From an uncultured bacterium (lineage in GTDB: Bacteria > SAR324 > NAC60-12): DNA of 64,000 nt. The notes below the pieces were generated by a model. That model did not search any database. It was not told the DNA's origin and worked only from the letters and a program-made list of their open reading frames with translations. The stretch covers positions 1 through 64,000 of the forward strand of contig CBFIGY010000008.1 of assembly GCA_965662235.1 (NCBI GenBank), in the 5' to 3' direction. The position numbers and the translations under genes were made by a program. Below, in pieces: positions 39,660-49,357 of this stretch (position 1 is its first letter; each line of letters starts with the position of its first letter).

Positions 39660-41312
39660 TTAGAGACAGGTCGCCTTTTCCAAGGCTGCTTGAAGGGCTT
39701 CTAGGTCAAATGAGCGCCAGCGTGCCGCCACATGCTGGTCCGGACGAATCAGGTACGTGGTCCCAGGAAGTCCTTTGTAGCGGTCGATCACAAAGCGCGC
39801 AGGATCTTGGATGGGGATCACTTCCTCTGGGATCGGTGGCGTGGGGTTGATGAGTACGACACGAGCAGGGAAGGGACCCTCCAGCAACGCCTGAAGGTCC
39901 TGTTGGGAAAGAGGCGCCTCCGGATCATCAAACGTCAGCACCCGGAATTCCGGACCAAAGTGCTGCAGCAACCACGAGGGTTCCGTGCCGTGCAGCACCC
40001 GTGCATCGTCCATCGGAGCCCCCGGGACCATAGGGCCTCCTTCTGGAAAGGCATCCGGAGAGTTGAGGGACGAGTCGCGCAGGGTCGCCGGCAGAGACAG
40101 GCGTCCGGAATTGACGAGGCGTCGAGCAAAGGCGTGCTCCTCTGCCAGATCCAGCACTGCATCCCGGAAGGTGTGCTCCATCGGCGTTTTGGGCGTCATG
40201 AAGTTGGTGGAGCGGCTGGAGTTGCGGATGTTCTCATCGGCCCCGTACGTTCGTTCCTCGTTGTAGCTCTCCAACAACTCCTTCGGGGCCTTTCTTTTCA
40301 GCACTGCCGCCAGCTTCCAGATCAGATTGTCGACATCCTGAATGCCGCCATTGCCACCCCGGGCGCCAAAAGGCGAGACGATGTGGGCGGAATCGCCAAC
40401 AAAGAGGACGCGTCCGTGGACAAAGCGCTCCAGGCGCCGGCACTGGAAGGTGTAGACCGAGACCCAGTCCAGTTCAAAGGGACGGTTTCCAACAGCAGCC
40501 TGAATGCGGGGGATGACCCGCTCCGGACGTTTCTCTTCCTCAGGGTCCGCGTCCCAGCCCAGCTGCAGGTCAATGCGGTAGATGTTGTCGGGCTGCTTGT
40601 GGAGCAGGGCGGACTGTCCTGGATGAAACGGAGGCTCAAACCAGAACCACCGCTCCGAGGGGAAATCCGCCTGCATTTCCACGTCGGCAATGAGAAAGCG
40701 CTCCTCAAAGATTTGCCCCTCAAACTCCAGGCCCAGCTGTTCACGCAGCGATGACTTGGCGCCGTCACAGGCGAGCACGTAATCGGCTTCCAGCGAGTAG
40801 GTGCCTTCCGGAGTGTCCAGGGTCAGCGTTACTCCAGAGGCGTTGTGCTCAAGCCCTGTGACCTTGTTCTTCCAGCGCAGCTCAATCGTGTCGGGAAAGT
40901 CATGGGTCCGCTCGACAAGGTACTGCTCCACGTAGTACTGCTGGAGGTTGATGAACGCGGGCATCTTGTGCCCTGAATGCGGAAGCAGGTCAAAGTTCCA
41001 GATCTCTTGGTCACCGTGGAACAGGCGGCCGACCTTCCAGGTGACGCCCTTCTCCACCATGCGATCCCCGATGCCGAGCCGGTCGCAGATCTCCAGGGTT
41101 CGCTTCGACCAGCAGATTGCGCGACTGCCCACCGAGACGACGTTGTTGTCATCAAGCACGACACACTCAATTCCCCGGAGCGCCAAGTCGATTGCTGCGG
41201 CCAGCCCCACAGGTCCGGCTCCGACAATGGCGACCGGCCAACGGCGACCAGTCCCTCCGGACAGCTCAGGAGGCGGGGTGTAGGGAAACGGTTCGTAGGA
41301 GTAGCGGGGCAT
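39660..41312 (-). CDS. FAD-dependent aromatic monooxygenase (hydroxyphenylacetate hydroxylase-like)
   Basis: GAGPVG; DG motif ACDGAKS; GDSAHIVSPFGARGGNGG; C-terminal LIRPDQHVAARW. Confidence 0.88.
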   Translation of the reverse strand: MPRYSYEPFPYTPPPELSGGTGRRWPVAIVGAGPVGLAAAIDLALRGIECVVLDDNNVVSVGSRAICWSKRTLEICDRLGIGDRMVEKGVTWKVGRLFHGDQEIWNFDLLPHSGHKMPAFINLQQYYVEQYLVERTHDFPDTIELRWKNKVTGLEHNASGVTLTLDTPEGTYSLEADYVLACDGAKSSLREQLGLEFEGQIFEERFLIADVEMQADFPSERWFWFEPPFHPGQSALLHKQPDNIYRIDLQLGWDADPEEEKRPERVIPRIQAAVGNRPFELDWVSVYTFQCRRLERFVHGRVLFVGDSAHIVSPFGARGGNGGIQDVDNLIWKLAAVLKRKAPKELLESYNEERTYGADENIRNSSRSTNFMTPKTPMEHTFRDAVLDLAEEHAFARRLVNSGRLSLPATLRDSSLNSPDAFPEGGPMVPGAPMDDARVLHGTEPSWLLQHFGPEFRVLTFDDPEAPLSQQDLQALLEGPFPARVVLINPTPPIPEEVIPIQDPARFVIDRYKGLPGTTYLIRPDQHVAARWRSFDLEALQAALEKATCL

Positions 41313-41315
41313 GAG

Positions 41316-42269
41316 TCAGCTCTGGAGAGAGGCCCACATCTGCTGATCGCGTTCGGCCGTCCAGATGCGAGGGTGGTCCAGCCCGGAGGCTTCGTCATAG
41401 GCGCGGGCGACGTTAAAGGGCAGGCAGTGCTCATAGATCGCAAAGCTGGCGTACTTCGGATCGCAAACCTCCCGGCACATGGCCATGGCGTCCTTGAGCG
41501 AACGTCCCTGAGCCGCCGCCGCCGCCACGGGGGTGTAGGTATCGTGCAGGAAGTTTTGAGTCAGGCGAATGGCTTCCTCGACATCATCCGGGGCGGTGAG
41601 GGCGTCTCCACGTCCGGGCACTAGGGCCTTGGGCTGGAACTCCCGGAGCTTGCCGATGGTGGTGGGCCAGTCCGTAAAGTGAGCGTCGCCGCAGTAGCAG
41701 GCGGAGTGGAATTCCACGGTGTCTCCTGAAAACATCACCCCAGCATCCGGGACCCACACCACGGTGTCTCCAGCAGTGTGCGCCCGTCCGAGGTGCATGA
41801 TCTCAACACGACGTTTGCCCAGGTAGACCGTCATCTTGTTGGTGAAGGTCAGGGTGGGCCAGGTGAGTCCGGGGATGGATTCTGCCGCCTGAAAGAGCCG
41901 AGGGAATCGGCCATACTCACTGTCCCAGTCCTCCTGTCCGCGTTCCACAATCAGTGAGCGGGTGGCGGCCGAGGCGATGATCTGTTGGGGCTGATACGCG
42001 GCGGCACCGAGAACCCGGACGGCGTGGTAGTGGCTGAGAACAACGTACTGAATCGGCTTGTCGGTGACCTCCCGGATGTACTGCAGAACCTGCTGTGCCA
42101 TCACCGGAGTCGCCTGCGTGTCAATCACCATCACCGAGTCCTCTCCCACAATCACCCCGGTGTTGGGATCCCCCTCTGCGGTAAAGGCATAGAGCCCCTC
42201 GCCGAGTTGCGTAAAGCTGATGTTCTTGGCTTCAGTGTCTCCAACAGAGGCAAAGGCTTTGGAAGTCAT
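41316..42269 (-). CDS. MBL-fold protein with degenerate metal motif
   Basis: TAEGDPNTGV; SHYHAVR instead of HxHxDH; HTAGD; FSGD. Start at MTSKAF. Confidence 0.85.
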   Translation of the reverse strand: MTSKAFASVGDTEAKNISFTQLGEGLYAFTAEGDPNTGVIVGEDSVMVIDTQATPVMAQQVLQYIREVTDKPIQYVVLSHYHAVRVLGAAAYQPQQIIASAATRSLIVERGQEDWDSEYGRFPRLFQAAESIPGLTWPTLTFTNKMTVYLGKRRVEIMHLGRAHTAGDTVVWVPDAGVMFSGDTVEFHSACYCGDAHFTDWPTTIGKLREFQPKALVPGRGDALTAPDDVEEAIRLTQNFLHDTYTPVAAAAAQGRSLKDAMAMCREVCDPKYASFAIYEHCLPFNVARAYDEASGLDHPRIWTAERDQQMWASLQS

Positions 42270-42324
42270 GCACGGTTCTCCAGTGAGGGTTGGGTCAAGT
42301 TGAGGATCAATCAGCGCCCGGATG

Positions 42325-43338
42325 TCAGAGGGGCTGAACCTCTTGTTCAATGGCTCCGAAGAGGCTTGCTCCGGAAGCGGTACGCATTTCAATGCGCACC
42401 TGGTCGCCATAATTCATGAACGGCGTCTCAATTGTGTCGTGGAGGATCTTCTCCACCATGCGGACCTCTGCCAGGCAGGAGTACCCCACGCCACCTTCGC
42501 GGATGGGGCGTCCGGGACCACCGTCAGCGCCCCGATTGGAAACGGTGCCCGACCCCATCACGGTGCCGGCTCCCAGCGCACGAGTCCGGGCCGCATGCGC
42601 AATCAGTTGTGGAAAGTCAAAGGTCATGTCCACTCCGGCGTTTGCCTGACCAAACGGCTCGCCGTTGTAGGTTACTTCCAGCGGCAGGTGGACCTTGCGA
42701 CCGTCCCAGGCACTTCCCAGCTCATCAGGAGTCACAAAGACGGGTGCAAACGCCGAGGAGGGTTTGGACTGAAAGAAGCCGAAGCCCTTTCCCAGCTCAT
42801 TGGGAATGAGGTTCCGCAGGGAAAGGTCATTGACGAGTCCGATGAGGAGGATCTTGTCCTGAGCCTCGTCTGGTGAGGCGCCATAGGGAACGTCATGGGT
42901 GACCACGACCACCTCAGCCTCAAAGTCGATGCCCCAGCTGGGATCCGCTACCTTGATGGGCTCACACGGTCCCAGGAAGGTATCGGAGCCTCCTTGGTAC
43001 ATCAAGGGATCGTGCCAGAAGCTTTCTGGCATTTCGGCGCCTCGAGCCTTGCGGACGAGCTCCACATGGTTGACGTACGCTGAGCCGTCGGCCCACTGAT
43101 ACGCCCGCGGAAGCGGCGCTAGGCACTCCTGAGGTCGAAACTCCAGGGCCTGGGCAAACTGCCCGACGTTGAGGCGCTCTGAAACCTCCCGGAGGCGGCG
43201 AGACACGTGGTCCCACTCATCAAGAGCCTGCTGCAGGGTGGTGGCCAGTTCCGGAACCGTCACACATCGACGAAGGTCCCGAGACACCACAGCCAGTTGA
43301 CCGTCTCGGCTTCCGTTGGGCAGGGTCGCAAGTTTCAT
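42325..43338 (-). CDS. fumarylacetoacetate hydrolase family protein
   Basis: PLPRAYQWADGSAY; IDFEAEV; NDLSLRNL; GFGFFQSKP; GSGTVSN. Confidence 0.92.
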   Translation of the reverse strand: MKLATLPNGSRDGQLAVVSRDLRRCVTVPELATTLQQALDEWDHVSRRLREVSERLNVGQFAQALEFRPQECLAPLPRAYQWADGSAYVNHVELVRKARGAEMPESFWHDPLMYQGGSDTFLGPCEPIKVADPSWGIDFEAEVVVVTHDVPYGASPDEAQDKILLIGLVNDLSLRNLIPNELGKGFGFFQSKPSSAFAPVFVTPDELGSAWDGRKVHLPLEVTYNGEPFGQANAGVDMTFDFPQLIAHAARTRALGAGTVMGSGTVSNRGADGGPGRPIREGGVGYSCLAEVRMVEKILHDTIETPFMNYGDQVRIEMRTASGASLFGAIEQEVQPL

Positions 43339-43459
43339 AGAGGGCTTTGCATGGAAAGTCGGGGTTGAGGCAATGGGAAAGGGGGCAGGCGGGGGACGCG
43401 TGATTCTCGTGTTCCCTCAGGTGGTTGTCAAGAAAAATCCGGGCGCCCCGCCCTCCGCG

Positions 43460-44767
43460 TCATTCCTTGAGGAGGAATCCTTGGCTGGCAGCAGTCATCC
43501 ACTCGGGATCCTGGCTGCCACTCAACTCCCGGATGGAGTGCATGGACAGCTGGGCGAGGCCGACATCGACCGTGGGCACCCCCAGTTCTGCGGACACCAT
43601 CGGTCCGATCGTGCTTCCGCAAGCGAGATCGGTGCGGTTGACAAACTTCTGCACCGGAATGTGCCGTTGCCGGCAGATCTGCTCAAAGAGTGCCTCTGTG
43701 GCGCCGTCGGTGGCATAGCGTCCCTGAGCGTTGATCTTGATGACGGGTCCGGCGTTGATCTGTGGAAAGTGCTGGGCGTCGTGCCGTTCCGGGTAGTTGG
43801 GGTGGATGGCGTGGGCCATGTCGGCAGAGAGCAGAACGGAACGCGCCAGTGCCGTTTCCTCGGCCTGTGCGATCCCGGAATCCTGAGCCAAACGCCGGAC
43901 CATTGTCTTGAGGAAGGACGACGCGGCCCCTTTGACGGTTTCACTCCCAATCTCTTCATGGTCAAAGCAGGCGAGCACCCGGGTGTGCGCACAGCTCTGT
44001 TGCCGGTCCCGGAGCAATGCTTCGAGGCCACAGAAGCAGGAACACAGGTTGTCCAGCCGAGGCGCTGAAAGGAACTCATCCTGCTCCCCAAGCAGCGAAC
44101 TCGGTTGGGTGTCAAACAGACTCAGTTCATGGCTCAAGATGGCTTCTGGACGGATTCCCAGTTCCTTTGCCACAAAGGCTTCCAGCGATTCGGTTTCAGC
44201 CAGCCGTCCCTGCAGTCCAAAGAGCGGCGGAAGGTGGTTCTGAGCATTGAGGACCAGGCCCTTCTCGTTGACGTCTCGGTTGAGGTGAATGGCCAGCAGC
44301 GGAATCCGGAGCAGCGGACGATCCACCCGCATCAGGGTCGACCGGACGGCACCGGACGCCTCACGGTAGTGAACGCGGCCTGCCAGAGCGAGGTCCCGGT
44401 CTGCCCAGCTGGAAAGGAGCACGCCCCCATAAACCTCCACACCCAGTTGACGGTAGCCGTGCTGACGAAGGTCCGGAAGGGGCTTCAGGCGCAGGTTGGG
44501 ACTGTCGGTGTGGGCGCCAAAGATCCGGAAGCCATGCTCAGCGACGGCTCCTGTTCCTTGAATCCAAGCGATCAGGCTGGAGCCTCCGCGGATGACAAAG
44601 TAGGCCTGCCCCGGCTGGAGGTGCCAGGGGACCGATTCTTCGAGCTGCCGGAAACCGGAATCGGCCAGGCGCGCCCGGAGGCTTTCCACAGCATGAAAGG
44701 GCGTGGGAGAGGCGTCAATGAAACGAAGGAGGCTGTGGCTGATTTCGGCAGCAGGCATGGGGATCAC
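43460..44767 (-). CDS. apeB: M18 aspartyl aminopeptidase
   Basis: SPTPFHAV; AHTDSP; RLDNL; FDHEEIGS; SADMAHAIHPNY; CGSTIGP; LSMHSIRE. Confidence 0.92.
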   Translation of the reverse strand: MIPMPAAEISHSLLRFIDASPTPFHAVESLRARLADSGFRQLEESVPWHLQPGQAYFVIRGGSSLIAWIQGTGAVAEHGFRIFGAHTDSPNLRLKPLPDLRQHGYRQLGVEVYGGVLLSSWADRDLALAGRVHYREASGAVRSTLMRVDRPLLRIPLLAIHLNRDVNEKGLVLNAQNHLPPLFGLQGRLAETESLEAFVAKELGIRPEAILSHELSLFDTQPSSLLGEQDEFLSAPRLDNLCSCFCGLEALLRDRQQSCAHTRVLACFDHEEIGSETVKGAASSFLKTMVRRLAQDSGIAQAEETALARSVLLSADMAHAIHPNYPERHDAQHFPQINAGPVIKINAQGRYATDGATEALFEQICRQRHIPVQKFVNRTDLACGSTIGPMVSAELGVPTVDVGLAQLSMHSIRELSGSQDPEWMTAASQGFLLKE

Positions 44768-44779
44768 GGGTCAGAGGGT

Positions 44780-45409
44780 TTACTTACCTGATCGGAGCTG
44801 CCCTTCTTCGCCTGAGAGAAGGCGTGCAATGTTGGAGCGGTGCTTGTAGATGAGCAGTCCGGATAATGCAGTGAGGAGGAGAAGCCGTGCAGTGGACGAC
44901 TCGTCACCCAGCAACGCGGGAAGCGCTGCGGTCCAGAGGGGCAGGGAGGCCAGCATGGTCAATGCTGCGAGGCTGGAGATGCGTTTCCAAAGGAACATCC
45001 CGACCCACACCGCCGCCGCCGCCAACCCTGTGGGAAGGTGCAGTGCGGCCAAGACGCCAAACAAGGTGGAAACCCCCTTGCCGCCCTTGCCTTTGAGAAA
45101 GATGGAAAACACATGACCGCAGACCGCGACCACGGCAACAAGGGAAAGCCAGAAGTCTCGATCCACGCCTTCCAGTTCCGGACTCAGCAGTGCCTCTGCA
45201 AGCAGAACCGCAACGGTGCCCTTGGCAAAGTCGAGCACAAAGGTCAGGATGCCGGGGGTCTTTCCTCCCACCCGCATGACGTTGGTCATGCCAATGTTGC
45301 CGCTGCCCTGGCTACGGATGTCGATGCCGAGGAAGTAGCGGCTGATCAACAGGCCGAAGGGGATGCCTCCGAGCAGGAACGCCAGAACGAGGAGTGCCAG
45401 TTCGGTCAT
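44780..45409 (-). CDS. plsY: glycerol-3-phosphate acyltransferase PlsY
   Basis: DIRSQGSGNIGMTNVMR; DFAKG; GHVFSIF; GGKGVST; HRSNIARL. Confidence 0.95.
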   Translation of the reverse strand: MTELALLVLAFLLGGIPFGLLISRYFLGIDIRSQGSGNIGMTNVMRVGGKTPGILTFVLDFAKGTVAVLLAEALLSPELEGVDRDFWLSLVAVVAVCGHVFSIFLKGKGGKGVSTLFGVLAALHLPTGLAAAAVWVGMFLWKRISSLAALTMLASLPLWTAALPALLGDESSTARLLLLTALSGLLIYKHRSNIARLLSGEEGQLRSGK

Positions 45410-45413
45410 GGGG

Positions 45414-46322
45414 CTACCACGCCGATTTTTTACGGGACCGGGCCGCGTCGATGCCCTGCTCGCGGATCAGCTGCAGCAGTTCTCGGTCGTCTCGGTGCTT
45501 GATCAGCGTCTGGGCGCCCCGGAGCTGCTGGATGTCTTGCGGGTCTTCGACTTCTTGCTGCACTAGGTAGGCGATCCAGTCGAGGATCTCGCTGGTGGAG
45601 GGGTTGCGGGTGAGGCCAAGCTCCCGGAGTTGGTAGAAGATCTGGAGCGCGGCTTCCACGAGAGGAGGTTTTGCCTGCGGGTGGTGCATGCGGATGATGT
45701 CCCGCATCCGGTCCGGAGGTGGGAATTCGATGTAGGCGTACACGCAGCGGCGCACAAATGGGGCCGGAAGGTCCTGTTCGTGGTTGGAGGTGATGACGAT
45801 CACGGGCATCTCTCCGGGGCCACAGGCAATGACCTGACCGGTTTCCGGAACGACAATCCTGCGTTCTGAAAGAAGAAACAGCAGGTTGTTGGGAAGCTCT
45901 CGAGGCGCCTTGTCGATTTCATCCAGCAGCAGCACTGACCCCGGGGTGGAGAAGGCCTGAGCTAAGGGGCCCAAGTGGACGTACTGTTCCAGCTCATCCA
46001 CGCGGCGACCACCGGTTTCGATGTGCATGTCAATGCCCGCTTGCTTCATCTGGGCGTTGGCAATGGCGGCTTGGGCGTCCATGAGGCGCTGGACCTCATC
46101 GAAGCGGGAAACCAGCTGCGAGACCTTGCTTTCCGAGGTGATGGGGACTTCAAAGAGGGGGGCTTGGGTGGCGGCCGCAAACTCTTGGGCGAGCTTGGTT
46201 TTGCCTGTGCCCGGTTCCCCTTCCAGCAGGAGGGGCTTTTCCAGCATCCGAGCGATGTGGAAGGCCTCCTCCAGCTTGGGGTCCAGCAGGTAGGTTGAGG
46301 TTCCGCTGAAGCTTGAGGACAT
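45414..46322 (-). CDS. MoxR-family AAA+ ATPase
   Basis: PLLLEGEPGTGKT; LLLDEIDKA; ITSNHEQDLPAPFVRRC; PSTSEILDW. Confidence 0.9.
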   Translation of the reverse strand: MSSSFSGTSTYLLDPKLEEAFHIARMLEKPLLLEGEPGTGKTKLAQEFAAATQAPLFEVPITSESKVSQLVSRFDEVQRLMDAQAAIANAQMKQAGIDMHIETGGRRVDELEQYVHLGPLAQAFSTPGSVLLLDEIDKAPRELPNNLLFLLSERRIVVPETGQVIACGPGEMPVIVITSNHEQDLPAPFVRRCVYAYIEFPPPDRMRDIIRMHHPQAKPPLVEAALQIFYQLRELGLTRNPSTSEILDWIAYLVQQEVEDPQDIQQLRGAQTLIKHRDDRELLQLIREQGIDAARSRKKSAW

Positions 46323-47071
46323 CAGAGCTTGCTTTGAAGTTCAGAAACGAGTTCCTGCGGGCTCAGGTCCGGCATGTCGTCCCAGTCCATCAGGTTGAAG
46401 AGGTGCTGGCGCAGCTTGCCGCGGGAGAGGCCCCGCTTCTGCCATTCTTCAAAGGCCTCTTCCTGGTCGGCGGAGACGGGCGCGCCCGACAGGTCTTTAC
46501 GCAGAAGGAATTTTACTGCGCTGTCCGGGTGTTGTCGAAGAAAATTTTCATGAGACTCATCGGTGATGCGTCCCTTGCCGTTGACGACATCCGAATCATC
46601 GGCGTCCAACGCGTCCATGGAGAAGCCTTCGCCGTAGTCCTCCAGCTGCGGTGAAAGGTCCACATCGGGGGTCAGCTCAAAGCCAAGCTCTGCGGCCTCA
46701 TCAATGGGTTCCATGGGCTGCTGCATGTTGGGCGCTGGCATGGTGCCTTGCGGTCCTCCCATGGGGCCGCCCATGGGGCCACCAAACGGCGACGCGCTCA
46801 TGCGGCGCTGCAGCTGCTGCGGACTGGGGATGAGGATCACAAAGAGGATCAGCAGAATTGCGACCGCAAAGACCCCGGAGTAGATCAGTCCGTTGACATA
46901 CAGGTCGTACTTCCCCTTGTCGTAGTAGTAGGTGGTGACGTTCATGCCCTGATAGGTCATGAAGCTAACCTGAGACATTCCACTGTAGCAGTAGACGGCC
47001 CCAAAGATGGTGGCCCCCAGGCTTCCCAACACCATGATCACGTAGGCGTTGAGGTATTGAATCGGTGGCAT
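46322..47071 (-). CDS. hypothetical two-TM membrane protein with Pro/Gly and acidic linker
   Basis: GGAGGGAG RBS; two hydrophobic helices; GGPMGGPMGGPQG; stop overlaps the MoxR start. Confidence 0.75.
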   Translation of the reverse strand: MPPIQYLNAYVIMVLGSLGATIFGAVYCYSGMSQVSFMTYQGMNVTTYYYDKGKYDLYVNGLIYSGVFAVAILLILFVILIPSPQQLQRRMSASPFGGPMGGPMGGPQGTMPAPNMQQPMEPIDEAAELGFELTPDVDLSPQLEDYGEGFSMDALDADDSDVVNGKGRITDESHENFLRQHPDSAVKFLLRKDLSGAPVSADQEEAFEEWQKRGLSRGKLRQHLFNLMDWDDMPDLSPQELVSELQSKL

Positions 47072-47297
47072 ACTCCCTCCATTTGCTTGAAGGCGATTGG
47101 TTCACACGCTCCCGGTTTTCCAAAATCGAAAAACAGGAGACCTGTGCAGTCTTCCCTACCCCTAGGACCTCCCCCAGTGGTTGGGAACCTCAGAATCCAC
47201 TTGCTTGAGCAAGAACAAAAAACAGCCTCTGGACCCGCCTCTACAGAGCACGGGCACAGAGCTGCAAGGCCGGTGGTTCCTCAGAAAGGAACGCCGT

Positions 47298-47717
47298 TTA
47301 ATTGGCGGTAAACAGATTTCCGTACTGCTCGCGGTAGACCGAGACCAGAGCGGTGCCTTCCTCGTCGGGCATGTTGCGTTTGATCAAATGCACCAGCTGC
47401 CGATTGGCGTCTTCGAGGTTCCGCATGGCGTTGTAGTGCGATACCCGGCGGTCCCAGCACTTCGCAACGCTGCGAGCCGTCAGAACGGAATCAACGCTGG
47501 CGTAGTACGACTGGTAGAGCCGGTGGTCGTCTCGTTCGTCATAGAAGATGGCCAGGCCGGTCTTGGCCTCGTTGTGGAGCAAAAAGGCCTGGTCCATGAC
47601 ACGGTCCGCACACGGGGTCCGCGCCACAGCCGCATCCGTGTTGAAGTTCGGAAGGGCTGCGCAGCCGCCTAGGAGCAGTCCTAGGGCCGCCAAAAGGAGA
47701 AGAGTGGAGGATCTCAT
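47298..47717 (-). CDS. hypothetical lipoprotein
   Basis: Lipobox LLGGC after a hydrophobic leader. Confidence 0.7.
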   Translation of the reverse strand: MRSSTLLLLAALGLLLGGCAALPNFNTDAAVARTPCADRVMDQAFLLHNEAKTGLAIFYDERDDHRLYQSYYASVDSVLTARSVAKCWDRRVSHYNAMRNLEDANRQLVHLIKRNMPDEEGTALVSVYREQYGNLFTAN

Positions 47718-47864
47718 AACCGAAGCAGGGAAAAGATTGCGATCCCGGAAGTTGACCTTTCCGGACTATCTTCTCTTTCGGCAGATGAGGGAAAAACTTT
47801 AGGAAAAAGTGATGAGTCGCCGGGGCCTTCACCAAGACGGGAAGGCTGGCGACGTGGGGGAGGG

Positions 47865-49157
47865 TTACTTCTTGTTGTTCTCCAGACGGTTCAGGGCCGT
47901 CAGGATCTTTAGCTGGAGCCGGTTGTAGCGGGGATTGACCGTGACCGCTGCGTCAATGGACTTCTTTGCCAGCTTGAGAATTTCCTTGGCACCTTCCTTG
48001 GTGGCCCGGATCAGTTCTCGGTTTTGAAAGGCGAAGTAGGCCACTTGGGCAAACTCGGCAAGCACCGGGAGGTCGCTGCGGTGCGGTTCCGTTGTTGAGG
48101 TCCGGCGGAGCGCCTTGCGGTAGGCGACAATCGCCTTGTTGAACGTGGGGCCAATGGAGTTCCGGACCGAGTTGTCCCCGCACTGGAGCCGGAGCATCAT
48201 CAAGCGGACCGCCTGCATGTGGATCCGGGCCTCCATGAGGAAGGGCACGGGGATCTTGCTCTCAACGCTCTGAAGCTTGCCTGCCAGCTTGAGCCCAAGC
48301 GAGTGCAGGAAGGGAATGTACCGGGCCACATCCAGAACCGCGTAGCTCTTGCGGAGCAGCAGCTTCCGCTTGTTATAGGTTTGGCCGACCTCCGAGTTTC
48401 CGAGGAACTGCATCACCGCGCCATGCCGTGACGAGAGCTGATCGAGCTCTTCAAGATTGATGGGCATGGACATGGACGCCCGGATGTCTTCATCAAGGCT
48501 CTTGGTCATCTCCTGCATGCTCAGTCCCATTTTGATCTCCTGGATCATCATAGCGTCTTCAGCACTCTCCGGCACCTTGTCTGCGCTGATGAGGGACTCG
48601 GTGGAGATGCGGTCCACGTTCACATTCTTCAACTGAGCGGAGCGGACGAGGAGCAGCTGCTTCTTGTGCGTTTGGATGACCCGGCTGAGGTAGATGCGGT
48701 AGGTCTGCCCCGCCAGCTGCATGGCCGCCGGGGTGATGTCTCCGAGGTAGATCGGCAGGGCGGCCTGCACCATCAGGTTGCGGTACACCTCCAGCTCGTG
48801 CTCCTTGCGAATCTGCAAAAACCCCCGGATGAGCTGCACCCGGGCGTTGGTCTGCGCCGGGTCCTTGCTGAGCTCGGCGACTTCCTTGTTGAGCTGAGGC
48901 GCAACCAGGTCTCCCAAAATGGAGCCATTAATGTGTCCGCCTCCACCGTCCTTGCCATCGCCGCCGGTGAAGGACTTGCGCATCTTGAGCAGGAAGGTCG
49001 ACTTGCTGTGCTTCTTGATGTCTTCTGTCGCAAGAATGATCTGGCGGGTGACGCCTTTGAAGTCGAAGTTGACTGGTCCGGAAGGGCTCTCTCCTTTCCC
49101 GATGACACGTCCGCGGGCAGCGGCCGCCTGTTGCGCAATGAGTTCGTCCTTTTCCAT
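47865..49157 (-). CDS. hypothetical all-helical protein (430 aa)
   Basis: Long ORF with genome-typical codon use; TPR-like C-terminal helices; family not recognised. Confidence 0.75.
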   Translation of the reverse strand: MEKDELIAQQAAAARGRVIGKGESPSGPVNFDFKGVTRQIILATEDIKKHSKSTFLLKMRKSFTGGDGKDGGGGHINGSILGDLVAPQLNKEVAELSKDPAQTNARVQLIRGFLQIRKEHELEVYRNLMVQAALPIYLGDITPAAMQLAGQTYRIYLSRVIQTHKKQLLLVRSAQLKNVNVDRISTESLISADKVPESAEDAMMIQEIKMGLSMQEMTKSLDEDIRASMSMPINLEELDQLSSRHGAVMQFLGNSEVGQTYNKRKLLLRKSYAVLDVARYIPFLHSLGLKLAGKLQSVESKIPVPFLMEARIHMQAVRLMMLRLQCGDNSVRNSIGPTFNKAIVAYRKALRRTSTTEPHRSDLPVLAEFAQVAYFAFQNRELIRATKEGAKEILKLAKKSIDAAVTVNPRYNRLQLKILTALNRLENNKK

Positions 49158-49197
49158 TTCAGCTTTTCAGTGCCTTCAAGTGTGAGCGAGCCGTAGC

Positions 49198-49224
49198 GTC
49201 TCGGCAGAAAATACCTCTCATTAG
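49198..49224 (-). promoter_or_regulatory. possible sigma28 (FliA) promoter
   Basis: Minus strand CTAA-N15-GCCGAGAC, about 40 nt upstream of the ATG at 49157. Consensus is TAAA-N15-GCCGATAA. Confidence 0.4.
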
Positions 49225-49357
49225 GTATCAGATCGTGTTAGAAAACGGAACAGGATTTCCCCATTGACGCGACGGACCCTCCAATTCTTCAAGAAAATGA
49301 GTCCTTTTTCTCAGAGGACGGAGGCGTGCGGAAGAGGTGCGCAAGTTTTGCGCCATC

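Noticed and set aside
47072..47297. 226-nt intergenic region as ncRNA or riboswitch
   Set aside because: No recognisable family motif or convincing multi-stem structure by eye; an Rfam scan would be needed.
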